Source of the DNA: Chlorokybus atmophyticus
Lineage: Eukaryota; Plantae; Mesostigma and Chlorokybus algae
Direction of reading: 5' to 3'
Length of the DNA stretch: 64,000 nt
Assembly (NCBI GenBank): GCA_009103225.1
Contig: RHPI01000773.1
Location: 148,003 to 212,002, forward strand
The position numbers and the translations under genes are program-made. Below, in pieces: positions 51,401 through 64,000 of this stretch (position 1 is its first letter; each line of letters opens with the position of its first letter). Under the pieces are notes generated by a model that worked only from the letters and a program-made list of their open reading frames with translations, had not been told where the DNA came from and did not search any database.

Positions 51401-54400
51401 GTAAGTATTGGTGACTCTTTACACAGGGTGTTGTTGTGTCGCACACACAAGCCCACACTGCAACAACTAACCTTTTCGATGGGCGTTGTTGTTGTTGTAT
51501 CTCGCGCTGCAAGCGCTGCCATCGCCTGTGCCTGCAACGACATTGATCAAAGTTATTGATACTATGTTATTGTTGTTGTTGTTGTTGTTGTAAACAGTGC
51601 TAGTGTTACCTTGTGCAAGGCTTCTTCCCAGAGTCCGCTTTTGTGCAGGAACGTCCGCATGATGCCCTTGCCCTTGATCTTACGCGCTCCGCAAAGCACA
51701 AAGTCATCGGGGTAGCTGTGACGGAGAGTTGCATGTAAGTTACATGAACAAGGGACAGATCTTGCAAAGAATTTTAAGCTTACAAATATGCATATGTACG
51801 TCACTCACACCCGCGCACATGCACACCCACACGAGTATGCATTCACGCCGTGCACGTGCACACACGCACACATGTGTCGACGTGTCTCGCGCTTACAGGT
51901 ATATGAGCCGCTCGTATGTCTGATCGCTGCAGTGGACCGCCATCGGGAAGCCGTTGCTCTCCATGCGACTGTCGAGCCACCCAACACATATCAACATGCG
52001 GACCACGCCACGCATCCCACACGTGTACTTGACTCGCGGTTGTTACTTTTTGCAACACTCTCTTGACAGTTGCATCAACCAACACGTGACATGCCTGGCG
52101 GTGTTGACGGTGTCGCCGAAAAAGCAGTATCGCGGACACTTGGCGCCGATCACGCCCGCATAAGCAGGACCAGAATGCATGCCAACGCGAATCTGGTGGG
52201 AGACAGCATGGTTTCAGTTCCCAACGTGTGTCTCTGTGTGTGTGTGTGCGTGCACACGTGTGCGTGTGTTCTTTTGCATGCGTGCGTGCACGCACATGTG
52301 CCTGCGCGCGTGTGCGTGAGTTCTTCTGAGTAAATGTGCATGCACGTGCACGTGCGTGCGTGCACCTGTGTGCACGTATGCATGTCTGCGTGCGTGATGT
52401 GCGTGGGTGCGTGTGCATGTGCGTGCGTGCGTGCGTGCGTGCGTGTATGTGTGTACGTGTACCTGAACCGGTGGCATTCCCGCCGGTAGGATCAGTTTCG
52501 ACACCGCCTCGATCATGTCGAGCGCAAGATTGAGTACTCTTTCCGCGTGGTTGGCTGCGGAGCACTCCTCGTGCCCCGCAACCGCCATGTACGCGTCCCC
52601 GATCGTCTCCACCTTGTACACGCCGTGCTTGTCCACCAGACCGTCGAACGCAGTGAACATCTCGTTCAACATGTGGATCACGGACATCGTTGGCGTGGAT
52701 GAAGCAATCCTGGGAGAACAACGATCACTGATGACATACAGCCCAACATACGCACATGCACACAACTATACACGTGCGTTTGTACAGATGTTGCGAGTAA
52801 GGCACATGTGTACTCAGTGTAACATGTTTACACAATCACAAGTGTTGAAGCCAAGCACAGCAACATGTTGCTGTGCTTGGCTTCAGGTTAAGGTCCAGCC
52901 ACGAGCACATAATCAATGATGTTGTTTGACAGGAATGTGTGTGCGTTGTGCGCGAGTGTACTTGGCGCGCATGCACAGAGGAGATGTGTTGCACTGTTGT
53001 TGCGACAGTCTTTGCACACAAACTCACGTTGTGAAGCCGACGATGTCTGTGAATAGCACCGTGACGTCCTCGTGCGAGTCGCTGATCATGGTCTGCCCCG
53101 ACTGCAGGCGCGTGATGATGGGCATGGGCAGCATCTTCTGAAGCAGCTGCACGTGACGCGCCGCCTCAACCTGCGGGGTGGGATGTTGGTGGTGAGTAGG
53201 TGGTTATGTGGGACTTGATGCAGTATACACACATGCAGACGCACACACTCACGTGCTGCTTGCACGCACTGCTTACACACACATGCGTGCGCACACGTGC
53301 ATGTGCGTGATGGCATATGCACGTACGCACACGCGCGCGCACGCGCACGCATACGCACCTGTGCGTGTGCATGCACACACGAACGCACATACTTGAGCAA
53401 ACACGCACACTATATTGCGATTGTGTTGTATCATCACACCTCGATGCGCCATGCGTCTTTCAGTTTGAGCTGCGTCTGTATGCGCGCGAGCATCTCCGTC
53501 CTGTTGAACGGTTTGGTGACGTAATCATTGGAGCCGGCCTTGAGACCCTCCACGATGTTCTTCTCCTGGGACTTGGCAGAGATCATGATGATGGGGATGT
53601 TGGCCGAAGGGTACAGCTTGCGGATCTGCTCGCAAACCTCGTAACCGGACATCTGCACACAGACACAAAGTCCACGCCATCAGTAAAGTGGCATGGTATG
53701 GAAATACTTGTGAAGGCTAATGTGGGACTAGTTGGAGTTGAGGCATGACGCGTGTGCTTGGTGATGACACACAGATGCACACGCACACCCATGACCACAC
53801 GCACACGCGCACGCGCGCGCATAAACCCCCCCACACCACTCACCTTTGGCATCATAACATCCAGCAGTATCAAGTCCGGGAAGCTCGTCGCTTTGCTTAT
53901 ATACTCCAGCGCCTGTATCCCATCCATCGCCTGGGTCACCTTACACTTGAGCGGTTGCAGTAGTGACTCGATCACCATCTGGTTGATGGCGTCGTCATCC
54001 ACTGAGAGTATCTCCACGACGCCGTGAGACTCTTTGTGTGTCCTTCTAGCAGCAACAAGCTCAGAGGCGGTGCTAATGGCTGCAGTGAGAGGGAGGAGAG
54101 GCTCGTTGGTGGACACGCCGTCACGGGTTGTACTCGACACGGCGGGTCCACTTGGGATAGATGCAATGGTTGCTTTGGTGAGGTTGTTGTTGGCTGCGGT
54201 GAGGGCGGGTCCACCCGAGGTGGGTGGCTCTTTGGGGCTAGTTGGGTCCCTTGTTGTTGTGCCTGTGCCTCCCGCTGTTGTTGTTGCTCCTGTTGTTGTT
54301 GTGTTGGTCTCCTGTGGGCTGTGCGGGTGCGGGGCGTGAGAGGACTCCTTCGAGGGTGACTCGGGAAGAGTTATTAGCTGAGGGGGACCGTGGTGAGACT

Positions 54401-57400
54401 TTCTCGAAACGGACCGAGCGGGGGCAAAGGGCTTGGGTGTGGGTGCAGCAGCGGTGCCCTGCAAGAAGAGTGTGTGAGTGCGTCTGGGCATGCGTACGTC
54501 CGTGCTCATGTGTACATGCGTGCTCATTTGTGCGTATGTGTGCACCGATATGCATTCACACACGCGCGCACGCGCCCACGCGTACATACGCACACGTGTG
54601 TTAGTGTGTGTATGTGCCTGCGAATGCGCGCGCGCACGCGTGTGTGTGTGCGTGTGCGCGTGCGCGTGCGCGTGCGTGTGTGTCCCTGTGTGTAGATGCG
54701 TGTGCATGTGTACGTGCGTGCATTTGCGTGTGGGTGTGGGTGCGAGTCCACGCGCAAACGTGCCAGTGTCCATGTTGAGGGAAAGCATGATACATGCTTC
54801 AATCTCTCTATAAACAACATAACAGTAACTCACCTGCGGTCTCTCAAACGGCAGCGTGACGGCGAATGTTGTGCCCTGTCCGAACGTGGAGTTGACTGTG
54901 ACGGTGCCGCGGTGCGCGAGGACGAGCTGCTTGACGAGGCTGAGGCCGAGACCCGTCCCGCCGTACTTCTTACCCGTCGAGGCGTCCGCCTGCTGGAACG
55001 CCTCGAAGATCACATTGATCTTGTCCTCGGGGATGCCGATGCCCGTGTCCGTCACACTGACAAAGACAAAGGTAAAGGTAAGCACACACTTGTGTACACG
55101 CACCTGCGAGCGGGTGCAGGCCCACACGCAACGTGCGCGAGCGTGCGCATGCGCACATGCACAACCACAACCACAACCACACATGTACCTGATGGCTATG
55201 GCAGTGCCATTCTGTATTAGGTCCGCCGACACTGTGATGGAACCTGCAGCACGGGCGATACATTGTTGTAGACATCGTACAACATGTCTTGCCAACACAC
55301 ACACGCACAGCATGTTGTAGAGCAAAGCTCTCACCTTGGTGGGTGAACTTTGAAGCGTTGCCCAACAAGTTGAACAGTATCTGCAGTATACGACCGGTGT
55401 CACCCAGAAAAGGCGGTAAGGACTCCGGCACTTTGCTGATAAGCTGAATCAAAACAACCCCACATAAGTGAATTGCACACACGAATCCACACGCTGTCGT
55501 CGACACGACGTGCACATGTGCAGGATGATTACCTGCACATCCTTGGCGACGAGGATTTTGGTCAACTGGAAGGCGTCGTCAACAAGCTGCTTCAGCATCA
55601 CCGGCTCTTGCTTAATGTAGAGAGCGTTCTCGTGCAGGGAGGCGTTGTCAAGGATATCTGTTGCAAAGGTTTTCAGCATGGAGATATAACCAAAGAGTAA
55701 CTTACATCAACAGTTGTGGTAAGTGTTTGTTGCAAATGGGAATCGTTACAGTAGTATATGTGTGCTTACCACACACGAGAGCCATGAGTCGGACACCGCT
55801 GATCTTGATAGTGTGCAGAGTCTTGTGCAAGTTGTCTGGCACAGCTCCACATGACCCCTGCAAAGCAATAACAGTCACATACAATTGTTGCATGCCACAT
55901 ACACACATGCGCACCCACACACGCACACATACCTCGAGTGCGCTCTCAGACAATCCAATAATCCCATTGAGTGGCGTGCGCAGGTCATGGCTTATAGTTG
56001 CTAGGAACTTGTCCTTCTTATTTAGCTCATTCTCCAGCTCTTTGATGAGTTGCACGCGCTTGCCCTCTTCCATGTCCATAAAAGCATTTAACCGTCTCTG
56101 CTCTGAGGTGAGAAAGTTGCCTCTCAATAATGAGGACGTGAAGGCCACTTTGGAGAAGAAGTCGCAGAATGTGTACGCGCTCTCTTCTACTGTGGGTGTC
56201 ATAAGGTGCAATGCCGCAGCCACCCATATGATGGGGAATGCCGACCACGCCGCCACGGTGTATATCTTCAAGTACTCCATGTTGGTTGTGAGCTTGCGTT
56301 TCCCGCCAGGAGCGTGAGACGACGAACCCAGCATGTGCCACATGGCGTAGCTCACGTGGCAGAAACACAACATGGAGATGCATAGGGAGATGGCTCCCCA
56401 TGGTGCCCACTCGCACCACGAGGCGGTAAAACCCGTGACGATCATGATCACGTTGGTGATGTACGTGGCGAGCTTGCGGTTGGCGGAGTAGTCCGACACG
56501 AGTCCACACAAGAACAACATTGCCACGGTAGAGTGTCCCCACGCCACGAAACGTTGTGGGTATAATCTCCTCCCTCTCACATCAGATAAAACCGGAGCCG
56601 CCCCGGGAAAAGCCGCGAGTAGGAAATTAAAACACGCGGTGAGGTTGATGAAACACACGATACAATCGAGACTCATTCTCCCCGGGTCCCAATCGAAAGC
56701 CATGGTGAGGATATTGATGACAAGTTGTGTACCAAATGCCATCACGGGCCACAATTGAGCCTGCTCGGCCTCGCCGAAACGAGACACGTCGGATGATGCG
56801 AACACAACCGAGGAAATGTATGTCACGGTGAAGTAGGAGACCGAAGCAAACACGACAAACTTCAAGTTGCCAATCAGCTGCATCTGACCGGAATCCATGT
56901 AAGCAGGCACCCTCATCTTCCCACCCTGCAGAATCAACAACAACAACAACACATCACAGTCAGCGTTCTCACACACGCGAGCACAACAGTTCTGCACTCC
57001 CCTCCCCTCCCCGCAACAACAACAACTTCAGTCATTGTATATTAATGCTGTTTTACGCAATGGCGACGATAAGAAAACAAATATTGTTTCTGTGCTGCCC
57101 TACCCTTGATGCAATGCTTTGTATGCCACCCTTGCTGAACACAAGCAGAGTGTGTTGACAATTCAACGTAGGTGTCCTACTCTTGCCTGCTGCGGAGCAT
57201 AACACAGCCAACAATAGTATGCAACAGTGTACAATGTAAGGTCTCTGACACTGGCAACGGGAGCTCCTATTGAGTCACACTGATTACTTATCCAACGATG
57301 AAAAGTATGTGCGTTGTCACAAGCTGTTTTAGGTGGCCAACCAGCATAGCTTTAACTCAAATGCTGTCCCATGCCATTACATGAATTGGAAGCCAGCTCA

Positions 57401-57887
57401 CAGCCACAAGCATTGCTGACGGAGTTGAACTGCGAGCGAGGACACTATGTACCAGCCCACTCCTCATTCAGAGTGTGTTGTTTGACCAAGGGATCCACAC
57501 TTTGCTTCTGGGCTGCGCAAGCTTTATATTGCTATTCTCAATCAATGTGCATGATATAGCTTGTGCAAAACAGCAAGGTCAAACTGCGCTTCTAGCACAA
57601 CTTCTGCTGATGACCAAAATGGCAGTTGACTGCGATCAGTCAGTGAGTAGGCTGGCTGAAAATGTATGCTTGATACGGAAGATCAGACGATTAGGGTGAG
57701 AAAGCCCTGGCTGGAAGCGGGTCAGCTTGGACCTACTACCAGATCAGACCAGCCGGACCAGACCACTAACCTTCAACCGTGGGCTCCCAGTGGCATCGTC
57801 TCCGCCGCCGCTGTGTGTGGCCAGCACATTGCTGTGCTCGCTGCTGCGGCGGCGCCTCAGGTTCGCCGCCATGGCCTGATCCCCCAT
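48482..57887 (-). CDS. Histidine-kinase rhodopsin / 2c-Cyclop-type protein: 8-TM microbial rhodopsin - HisKA/HATPase - receiver - guanylyl cyclase - low-complexity tail - SAM; about 24 exons
   Basis: Traced exons include 57887-57771, 56925-55933, 55857-55770, 55657-55533, 55443-55335, 55243-55189, 55056-54834, 54458-53844, 53652-53440, 53170-53028, 52709-52463, 52192-52095, 51968-51897 and 51715-51610. Motifs: DFFSKVAF (retinal Lys), [81 protein letters not shown], and SAM-like [41 protein letters not shown]. Confidence 0.93.
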
Positions 57888-58603
57888 CTCGACCGCCGCC
57901 CCTCCCCCCTCCTCCTCCTGCGCCTCGCCGCCCTATCTGGCGGGGCGCCCCTGTTAGCCCATCACATCACGGAGCCGCCTCCGCCGCCGATCGCCCCCCT
58001 CGCTGCCGCCTCGCCGCCGCCTCCTTCCCCACGCCATGGACCACGTCGTTGTCGCCGGCGTAGGCGTCGTCGGCGGCGGCGGCGGCAGGGCCCCTCTCTA
58101 TTGGGCGACCGCCACGTGGTCGTTTCTCTGTAGTCGGATCGGTCCGGCTTCCAAACAGGGTCACGTGATTCCAACATCCCCAATCCATTGCACGATCATG
58201 GACAGTACCAAAAAAGGGTCCCTCATGTGAGATGGTAATTTGAGTTTGCGTACATGACCAACCGACATTCGCGTGTACCTCTGCCACCGCAGGTTACGAA
58301 TTGGTCCAATGTAACGGTTCGGGTTCGCTCACATCATGAGTGCTGTGTCGCGTACGATGATGGGGTGGACGCCCAACAGGCTGCTGGTGAAAAGCGACGC
58401 AGCCGGAGTGTCCATGCAGTTTGACCCATTCGGTAGTCACTCCCGCGATATGAGTGTATTGTCTCATTGACGAGCTTCGGTCTAACCTGGATAATGGCAT
58501 ATCCTGGACTACCGGTGGTAATCTGGCCGTCACAGGTCTTGGGGCCTCCGAATTTGGGGGGTAACAGTTATTTGGTTGCGCACTACCATATTTGCCCGGA
58601 TGG

Positions 58604-58875
58604 AAGCCCCCACCTCATTCTATTAGGGGACCTTATATTCGGGGGGGGCTTCTTATGGAAAGGGGGGCTTCTACTTGGCGCGAGGTATCAATTGGCTGAG
58701 ACGCGCGTCAAGTGTAATTCGGTACTTGACGCGCGCGAGCGCGCGAGCGCAATACAGCGTAACTCATGCGCGTCAAGCGTAACGCAAGCGGCGCAATGGG
58801 CCCATTGTGTCATGTGGGGGCTTATAAACTGTCCAGGGGGCTTGTAGTGTTTACATAAGCCCCCCAGGGGGGCTT
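58604..58875. repeat. GGGGGCTT/AAGCCCCC motif cluster with hairpins
   Basis: About seven copies of the motif in both orientations, a 12-bp stem at 58702-58713/58724-58735, and a palindrome at 58857-58875. Confidence 0.6.
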
Positions 58876-60279
58876 GTATTCGGTTTTGATTTGGTAGTTC
58901 GGGCCCTTAACGGAGTAAAATACACCGTCGGGCAACATCTCCGAGGAAAACGTCCATGCTACAATATGCATTAAATGCACTGTCTGCAAAAAATAAGTTA
59001 ACACTGAATATTGCCATTTCATTATGGATGAACGACGCCGGCGATTGAGTATGTGTGATTTTAGTAATAGTAGTATGCTAATAATGCAGTACTGCACCTA
59101 TCGCATGCTGCGTATCTCGCTTTCCTCATCACGTTATCACGCCATGCTTGTCACAAAAGTCCCTCTTGGCTATCATGCTCAATAAGTACAACACAAAGAT
59201 TTTTTTCATCATAAGCTTGGCTATTATTAGCTTAAGATAAGATTTTGTTGATCTTTATACACAAAATATCGCGAATTTAGCAACAAGTTTGCGAACCAAG
59301 TATCATTAATGTATGCACCCTGCAATGACTGCCTACGCCGCTTGTAGCAGCAGCACCCACCAATTCAGCAAAAATTGCGTAAAAAAAAGCAAGAAGGGCA
59401 GGGAGGCGAGAAGAACGAAAGGGAAGAATTTATTATTGGAGTTGTGCATTTGATCCAACAGCTCCCCGCCAGGTTTATCAATACATTAATTAACGTTAAA
59501 CATCCATCAGAATAATTTAATGTGTCCTTCTCAAAACGATCCATTCACATTTACACAGATTTTGCGGCACTACAGTACGCGTGATGCATGGCGAACATGT
59601 GCCACAAGCTCTCTTGACCATTTTGCAAAGATAAAGAATGTAATGCAATTATATACCTGGCATACAAACAGGGTCGCCATAGCAACATCAACAACACCTT
59701 GCGCTCTATGTTATTTTAAAAGTTTTAACAACAGTACCCGTGATATGTTAATCAATTGTGTTAGCAATGCAAGACTCGTAAGACTTAACTCCATTACATA
59801 AGGACATTACGTGGTGTACTTAGATGTTCACTCGTTATGCTAACAATTCATCACGCGGGAGTCACCATTTAATGACATTGGTAATGTTATGAAAGCAACA
59901 CCCAATGGCACGACGCGTCCGGCTGCGGCGGATGTTAAATGAACGGCGTCGTCACAAATGCCATTCGTAGTATAACAGCTCCAAACAACACGTCTTTCAA
60001 AAACCATTTATCAGCATCTGCTACAATATAAAAACAAGGTGGTTTAGGCCACGGCACTTGAATGATTGTACATAAAAATTTCCGCACAAATACATATGTA
60101 ACCATACAATCACACATGTGATCAATTGCAATGAAAACCATAACTGATATTGCAAGAACGCTAGACGCCGATATTAAATATCTTTAAAGTATATGCGTAC
60201 CAGCATACATGCCTACACGTATTATCACAGCTTTTAAAACTTGAAAGAGCGATCCCATTGACGTCAGTGGTATCCATGC

Positions 60280-62150
60280 GTGGTCTTGAAATGTGCGTGG
60301 GCTGTACTCTCCACACACCACATTTGAAGCCTCGCGCAAAGATGTTATTTTCTTCCGCATGCATCACCTCGCTCAATCAAAGGTGCTTCCATATTGCAAG
60401 AAATCAAACTTATTACCTCATCCTCTGCTGCTTGGCTTGCGCGATATGCATGGTAGGGAGGCTCCATATGGGCCCCTACGGATGGCACAAAAGGGGATGT
60501 ACCTATCCTTTGTAAGCAGAATGGCAGCTAGCAGTCATTGGCTCAGGAGTGGCTGATCTTCATCATTGATGTTGGTTCGCAAGTCATGGAGCAATAATGT
60601 AATCCTACATCATCAGTGTGTACACACCATCCAATCATTCAGGAAAAGGAATCTTTCTCGCTTTATTGCACGAGGTTCTCCCATATGCAGACCGTCATCT
60701 CTTGTGCGGTGATTACAACTGTGTTCAAAAAGAATTTCATGGCTGCTCCCATTATAACAGACCAAGTGGCGGGAATGGTCAACCAAACTCTCACGTCTCG
60801 CTTGTGCGCTGGCTTTGTGTGCACAATTACATCGGCTACACTTACATTTACGGAGTTTGCTATATGCAACTTTTGTGTGATATGTCATATAAGCGGCAAC
60901 CCTTGAAATGAAAGGACTTTCACCTGGGACAACCGTAGGAAAGGCACAACACGTCATCTGGCTCGTCTCGACTGCTTTCACACTTCCTCTACTCTTCTCT
61001 CCTTAGTCATCATCACAGCAGAGTGGGCATTGGATTACAAGCCCGTCCACATAAAGCTCAAAGCAATTAATCCAGCAACAAGAGGCGGAGGACTTTGGAG
61101 GGTTAACGCAGCCCTTCATGTTGATGCCCGCTTTATCACTGATCAGTTATGAAGTTGAAGAATTATGGAGCATGCGTGGATCGGAGCATCCGCGCATCGA
61201 TCCTTCTAACATCACCCCCCCTCAACCCGCAAGACTACATCAGCTGGTTTAAGGACGCAGTTACAAAGAATGCAGGCAGTAGCCAAGCAACACAAGCGCA
61301 AGGACACACGGCACCGCGCCACTACTCTTACGAAGTTAGCAATAGAGCTCAAGAACGTAGAGACCCCGGGTGAGGCTCATGTCACTCTCTCCAGAAGACA
61401 CATCACTGCACATGGACTATAAGCGCATTCATCTTTCCTTGCAAGAGGTACATGCAACAAGTTTTTAGCATGCCTCATTGCGGAGAGCCACAAAATGGCG
61501 TCCAAAGGGAGAACGAAGGACAGCTTCCTTCTTCAAGCTGAGCAAGTCAATCTCATCCATAACTTATATGCAATTTATCACTCGAGGAATAGGTTCCTTC
61601 TTCCCTCCTCTTACCGACCCACTAGCAATGTGCGAAGCCGGAGCACACCTCTACATTAAACTCTTCTCTTCTTACTCACGTGATGAAGAGGACGTCCACG
61701 TAGCCACATCAGAGTGTTTGGACTTAACTTTAGCCCGCACCACACCTATTAAAGCTGAAGCTTTGAAAGCCCCTCTCCTCCTTGCTGAGGTGACAGCGGC
61801 AGTCAACAGCATGTCACCCCAAAAAGCACAAGATGACGATGGGTGGTCTCCCGTTTTGGCAATGTTGGGAGAGCAATACTTGAGCTACTGTCAGCACGTC
61901 GTGGACTCCGCCTAGATGGGGGAACACGACGATTAGGCGTGGTGATTCTTCTCAACAAAAAATGAGGTATGCTGCGCAACTGGAGTCCCATCACCCTTCT
62001 CCGTGTTTTTTACAAATTCTTGGCCAAGGCACTCGCTCCAAGGCTAATCCGCACCTTCCAGCATGCATCCATCCCACACAATTCGGGATTGTACCTCATT
62101 GTTGCATCCTCAACAATGTGTTGATCATAATGGACGCCATGGCCACATGG
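60280..62150 (+). mobile_element. Decayed L1/Tx1-like LINE fragment (APE endonuclease and start of RT)
   Basis: Scattered in broken frames: NVRGL, DVIFF, VYTP, LCGDYNC, SRLDCF, DYKPV, GLWRVN, GERRTASFF, LLLAEVTAAVNSMSPQKAQDDDG and IHPTQFG...ILNNV. Confidence 0.8.
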
Positions 62151-64000
62151 CAATTTTCCCGCGGACTAATACTGGGCCCGACATACCGGACCAGTATCCT
62201 TTAGCATGTCCACGGGGGCCGTGGACTGGTCTCAAGATTGGTCTGGATTGGCAGGGACCGATACTGGTCCCCGATCCTTGAACTGTCGTGGTGGGCCGCG
62301 GCAATTTTCAATCATAATGTTGGTCCATACAATGCATTCCAATAATGGTCTAAAAAAGGACCAATAGTTATAAATTTTAACTCATCTGTGGTTTCAATAT
62401 TAGTACCAATTAATTCATACATACAATGTTATAAATGGTTATGTGAACCAATACAAGACCAGTACCAATAACGGTACTGATCTTTGAAGCTACTATTTAA
62501 CATGCACATCACGGGCGCAGTTGGAACAGCATTATCGATATTTACACATGAAATATAACCTGCACTGAATGGGAAGCACCAAAGCAGTACTCACTACATC
62601 ATTGACATTCATATCATTTGAGCCATCAACCACAACAAACTACATCAGATCCTGCATACAACTTGTACGCGGTTGTAAGTGGCACACGCTACAGGCCTGC
62701 GCAAGTGTACGTTCAAAAAGCCGGCCTAAACACTTAAAGCTCTTCACGCCTGAAAGGGCTGTTTGTGTGCGGACTCACATGCGTGCATGTGCACACGCCT
62801 GGGCGCCTGCAAGCCCAACGCATGTTGACTGCCTGAACAACGCAACATCATAATGCCTACAGGGTACCATGTGTGTGCGTAGCCACGCGAACGGCATGCG
62901 CATATCTGAACTGTAGAGCCAGCCACACCTGGGCGATATGTGTGTTGGTGTGCGTGTGCGTGTAACGCATGTGTGTTGCATTAAAAAACAAATGTCTAGC
63001 TAAGCTGCAATTGTCAAGCTTCCACCAGCGCGTAACACCAGAGAGGTTTGACATTGCTGTCGGCAAGTGAAACTAACAAAGTACCTATGCGACTGGAAAG
63101 CCTTGCAAAACACTCGCTGCAAAGCATGGTACTAGGTAAGGAGGAGCAGGCGGCATAGCAAACCTCCAACCTACTTGTATGCAATAGCCCTATTTGTAGC
63201 TTGTGGACTTGCATGCAACGGTAGAGAAAGGGAGGGTCACAAAGACTACTATGTACCGCTAAGAGATAAGCAAGTTAACCTTCATTGCTAAACTTGTGGA
63301 TACCTTAATCAATGGCCAAGCTACAGTGCAATAAAAGCAATTGCACAGTCGCACCTTGCATTGCAAGCTGTAGACAGCGAGGCAATGTTAGGCCGAACCT
63401 TTGGCCTGTACATGACTGCAGCTTAGACTTCAAGCTGTAAACAGCTGCAGCATGTCTGCTCATCAACAACAACAGTAATTTCAACAATAACTGTCAACGC
63501 CCATGAAGAACAACAAGGTAACACCGGTAATACTGAGACCCCCGATATTCTGATTATTCACGAAAAATGGACTGAATATTTAGTCCATTTGCCGTTTCAC
63601 GCGTGTATCGCTTGAAGATTTAGCTATAGTCGTACATTCTGTGCAATGCCTGCCGAGACGAAATCGCGGTTTTCATCCTTGCATGGACTGAATTTTACCG
63701 CCGTCAACAATTGCTGTTAGCGCTGCGAATTTTCACGGCAAATGCTCTAAAAATTTACTGATATTTACGTTGTGTTGGATCAATACTTGAGTACGTAGGT
63801 AAATGCCGTTAATTTTCAACAACACTATCATTATTCACGTTGAAAGGGCCTGAATAACCATCGATAGTTGATTGCGATCAATTGTAAAGCTTTATGTAGT
63901 GCAAATGCCGTTCAACTATATTATTGATAACGGCATGGCGCCGCCAGAGTAAATGACGGGGGTTAGCTGTGTATGTAAATTGCAAGCACCGTAGTAGGCC

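Noticed and set aside
49129-55403. Many long ORFs rich in CVCV/HTHT/ARAR on both strands, including the 606-aa ORF
   Set aside because: They are read-through of stop-poor CA/GT-repeat introns of the rhodopsin gene. Only the embedded exons are real.
63510-63950. Short hairpins such as AATGGACT...AGTCCATT near the window end
   Set aside because: Stems of 8 bp or less with no partner terminus inside the window, so an element cannot be supported.

Overview
Eukaryotic nuclear DNA, most likely from a green alga (inference from spliceosomal GT-AG introns rich in CA/GT microsatellites, plastid transit-peptide-like N-termini, a CtpA protease and an enzyme-rhodopsin). Contents in order: (1) a rearranged Ty3/gypsy element with 1.4 kb LTRs at 1552-6803; (2) a four-copy family of an unrecognised two-exon gene, three copies on + (9.2-17.7 kb) and one inverted (24.8-25.8 kb), with palindromes and a TGACAG/CTGTCA motif upstream; (3) a head-to-head pair of a DnaJ-type zinc-finger gene and an alpha/beta hydrolase; (4) a young, nearly intact chromodomain Ty3/gypsy element at 28539-35221+; (5) a CtpA/S41 protease gene; (6) a five-finger C2H2 transcription factor; (7) a roughly 24-exon minus-strand gene for an 8-TM microbial rhodopsin-histidine kinase-receiver-guanylyl cyclase (2c-Cyclop/HKR type) with a C-terminal SAM domain; (8) a decayed L1-like LINE. 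The most notable observations are the rhodopsin-kinase-cyclase-SAM protein lacking the helix-C counterion, a degenerate adenine-methyltransferase-like segment between gag and protease in both gypsy families, same-frame gag-stop-pol junctions in leaky-stop contexts, and the unknown four-copy gene family. All alignments and counts were made by eye and no database search was run.
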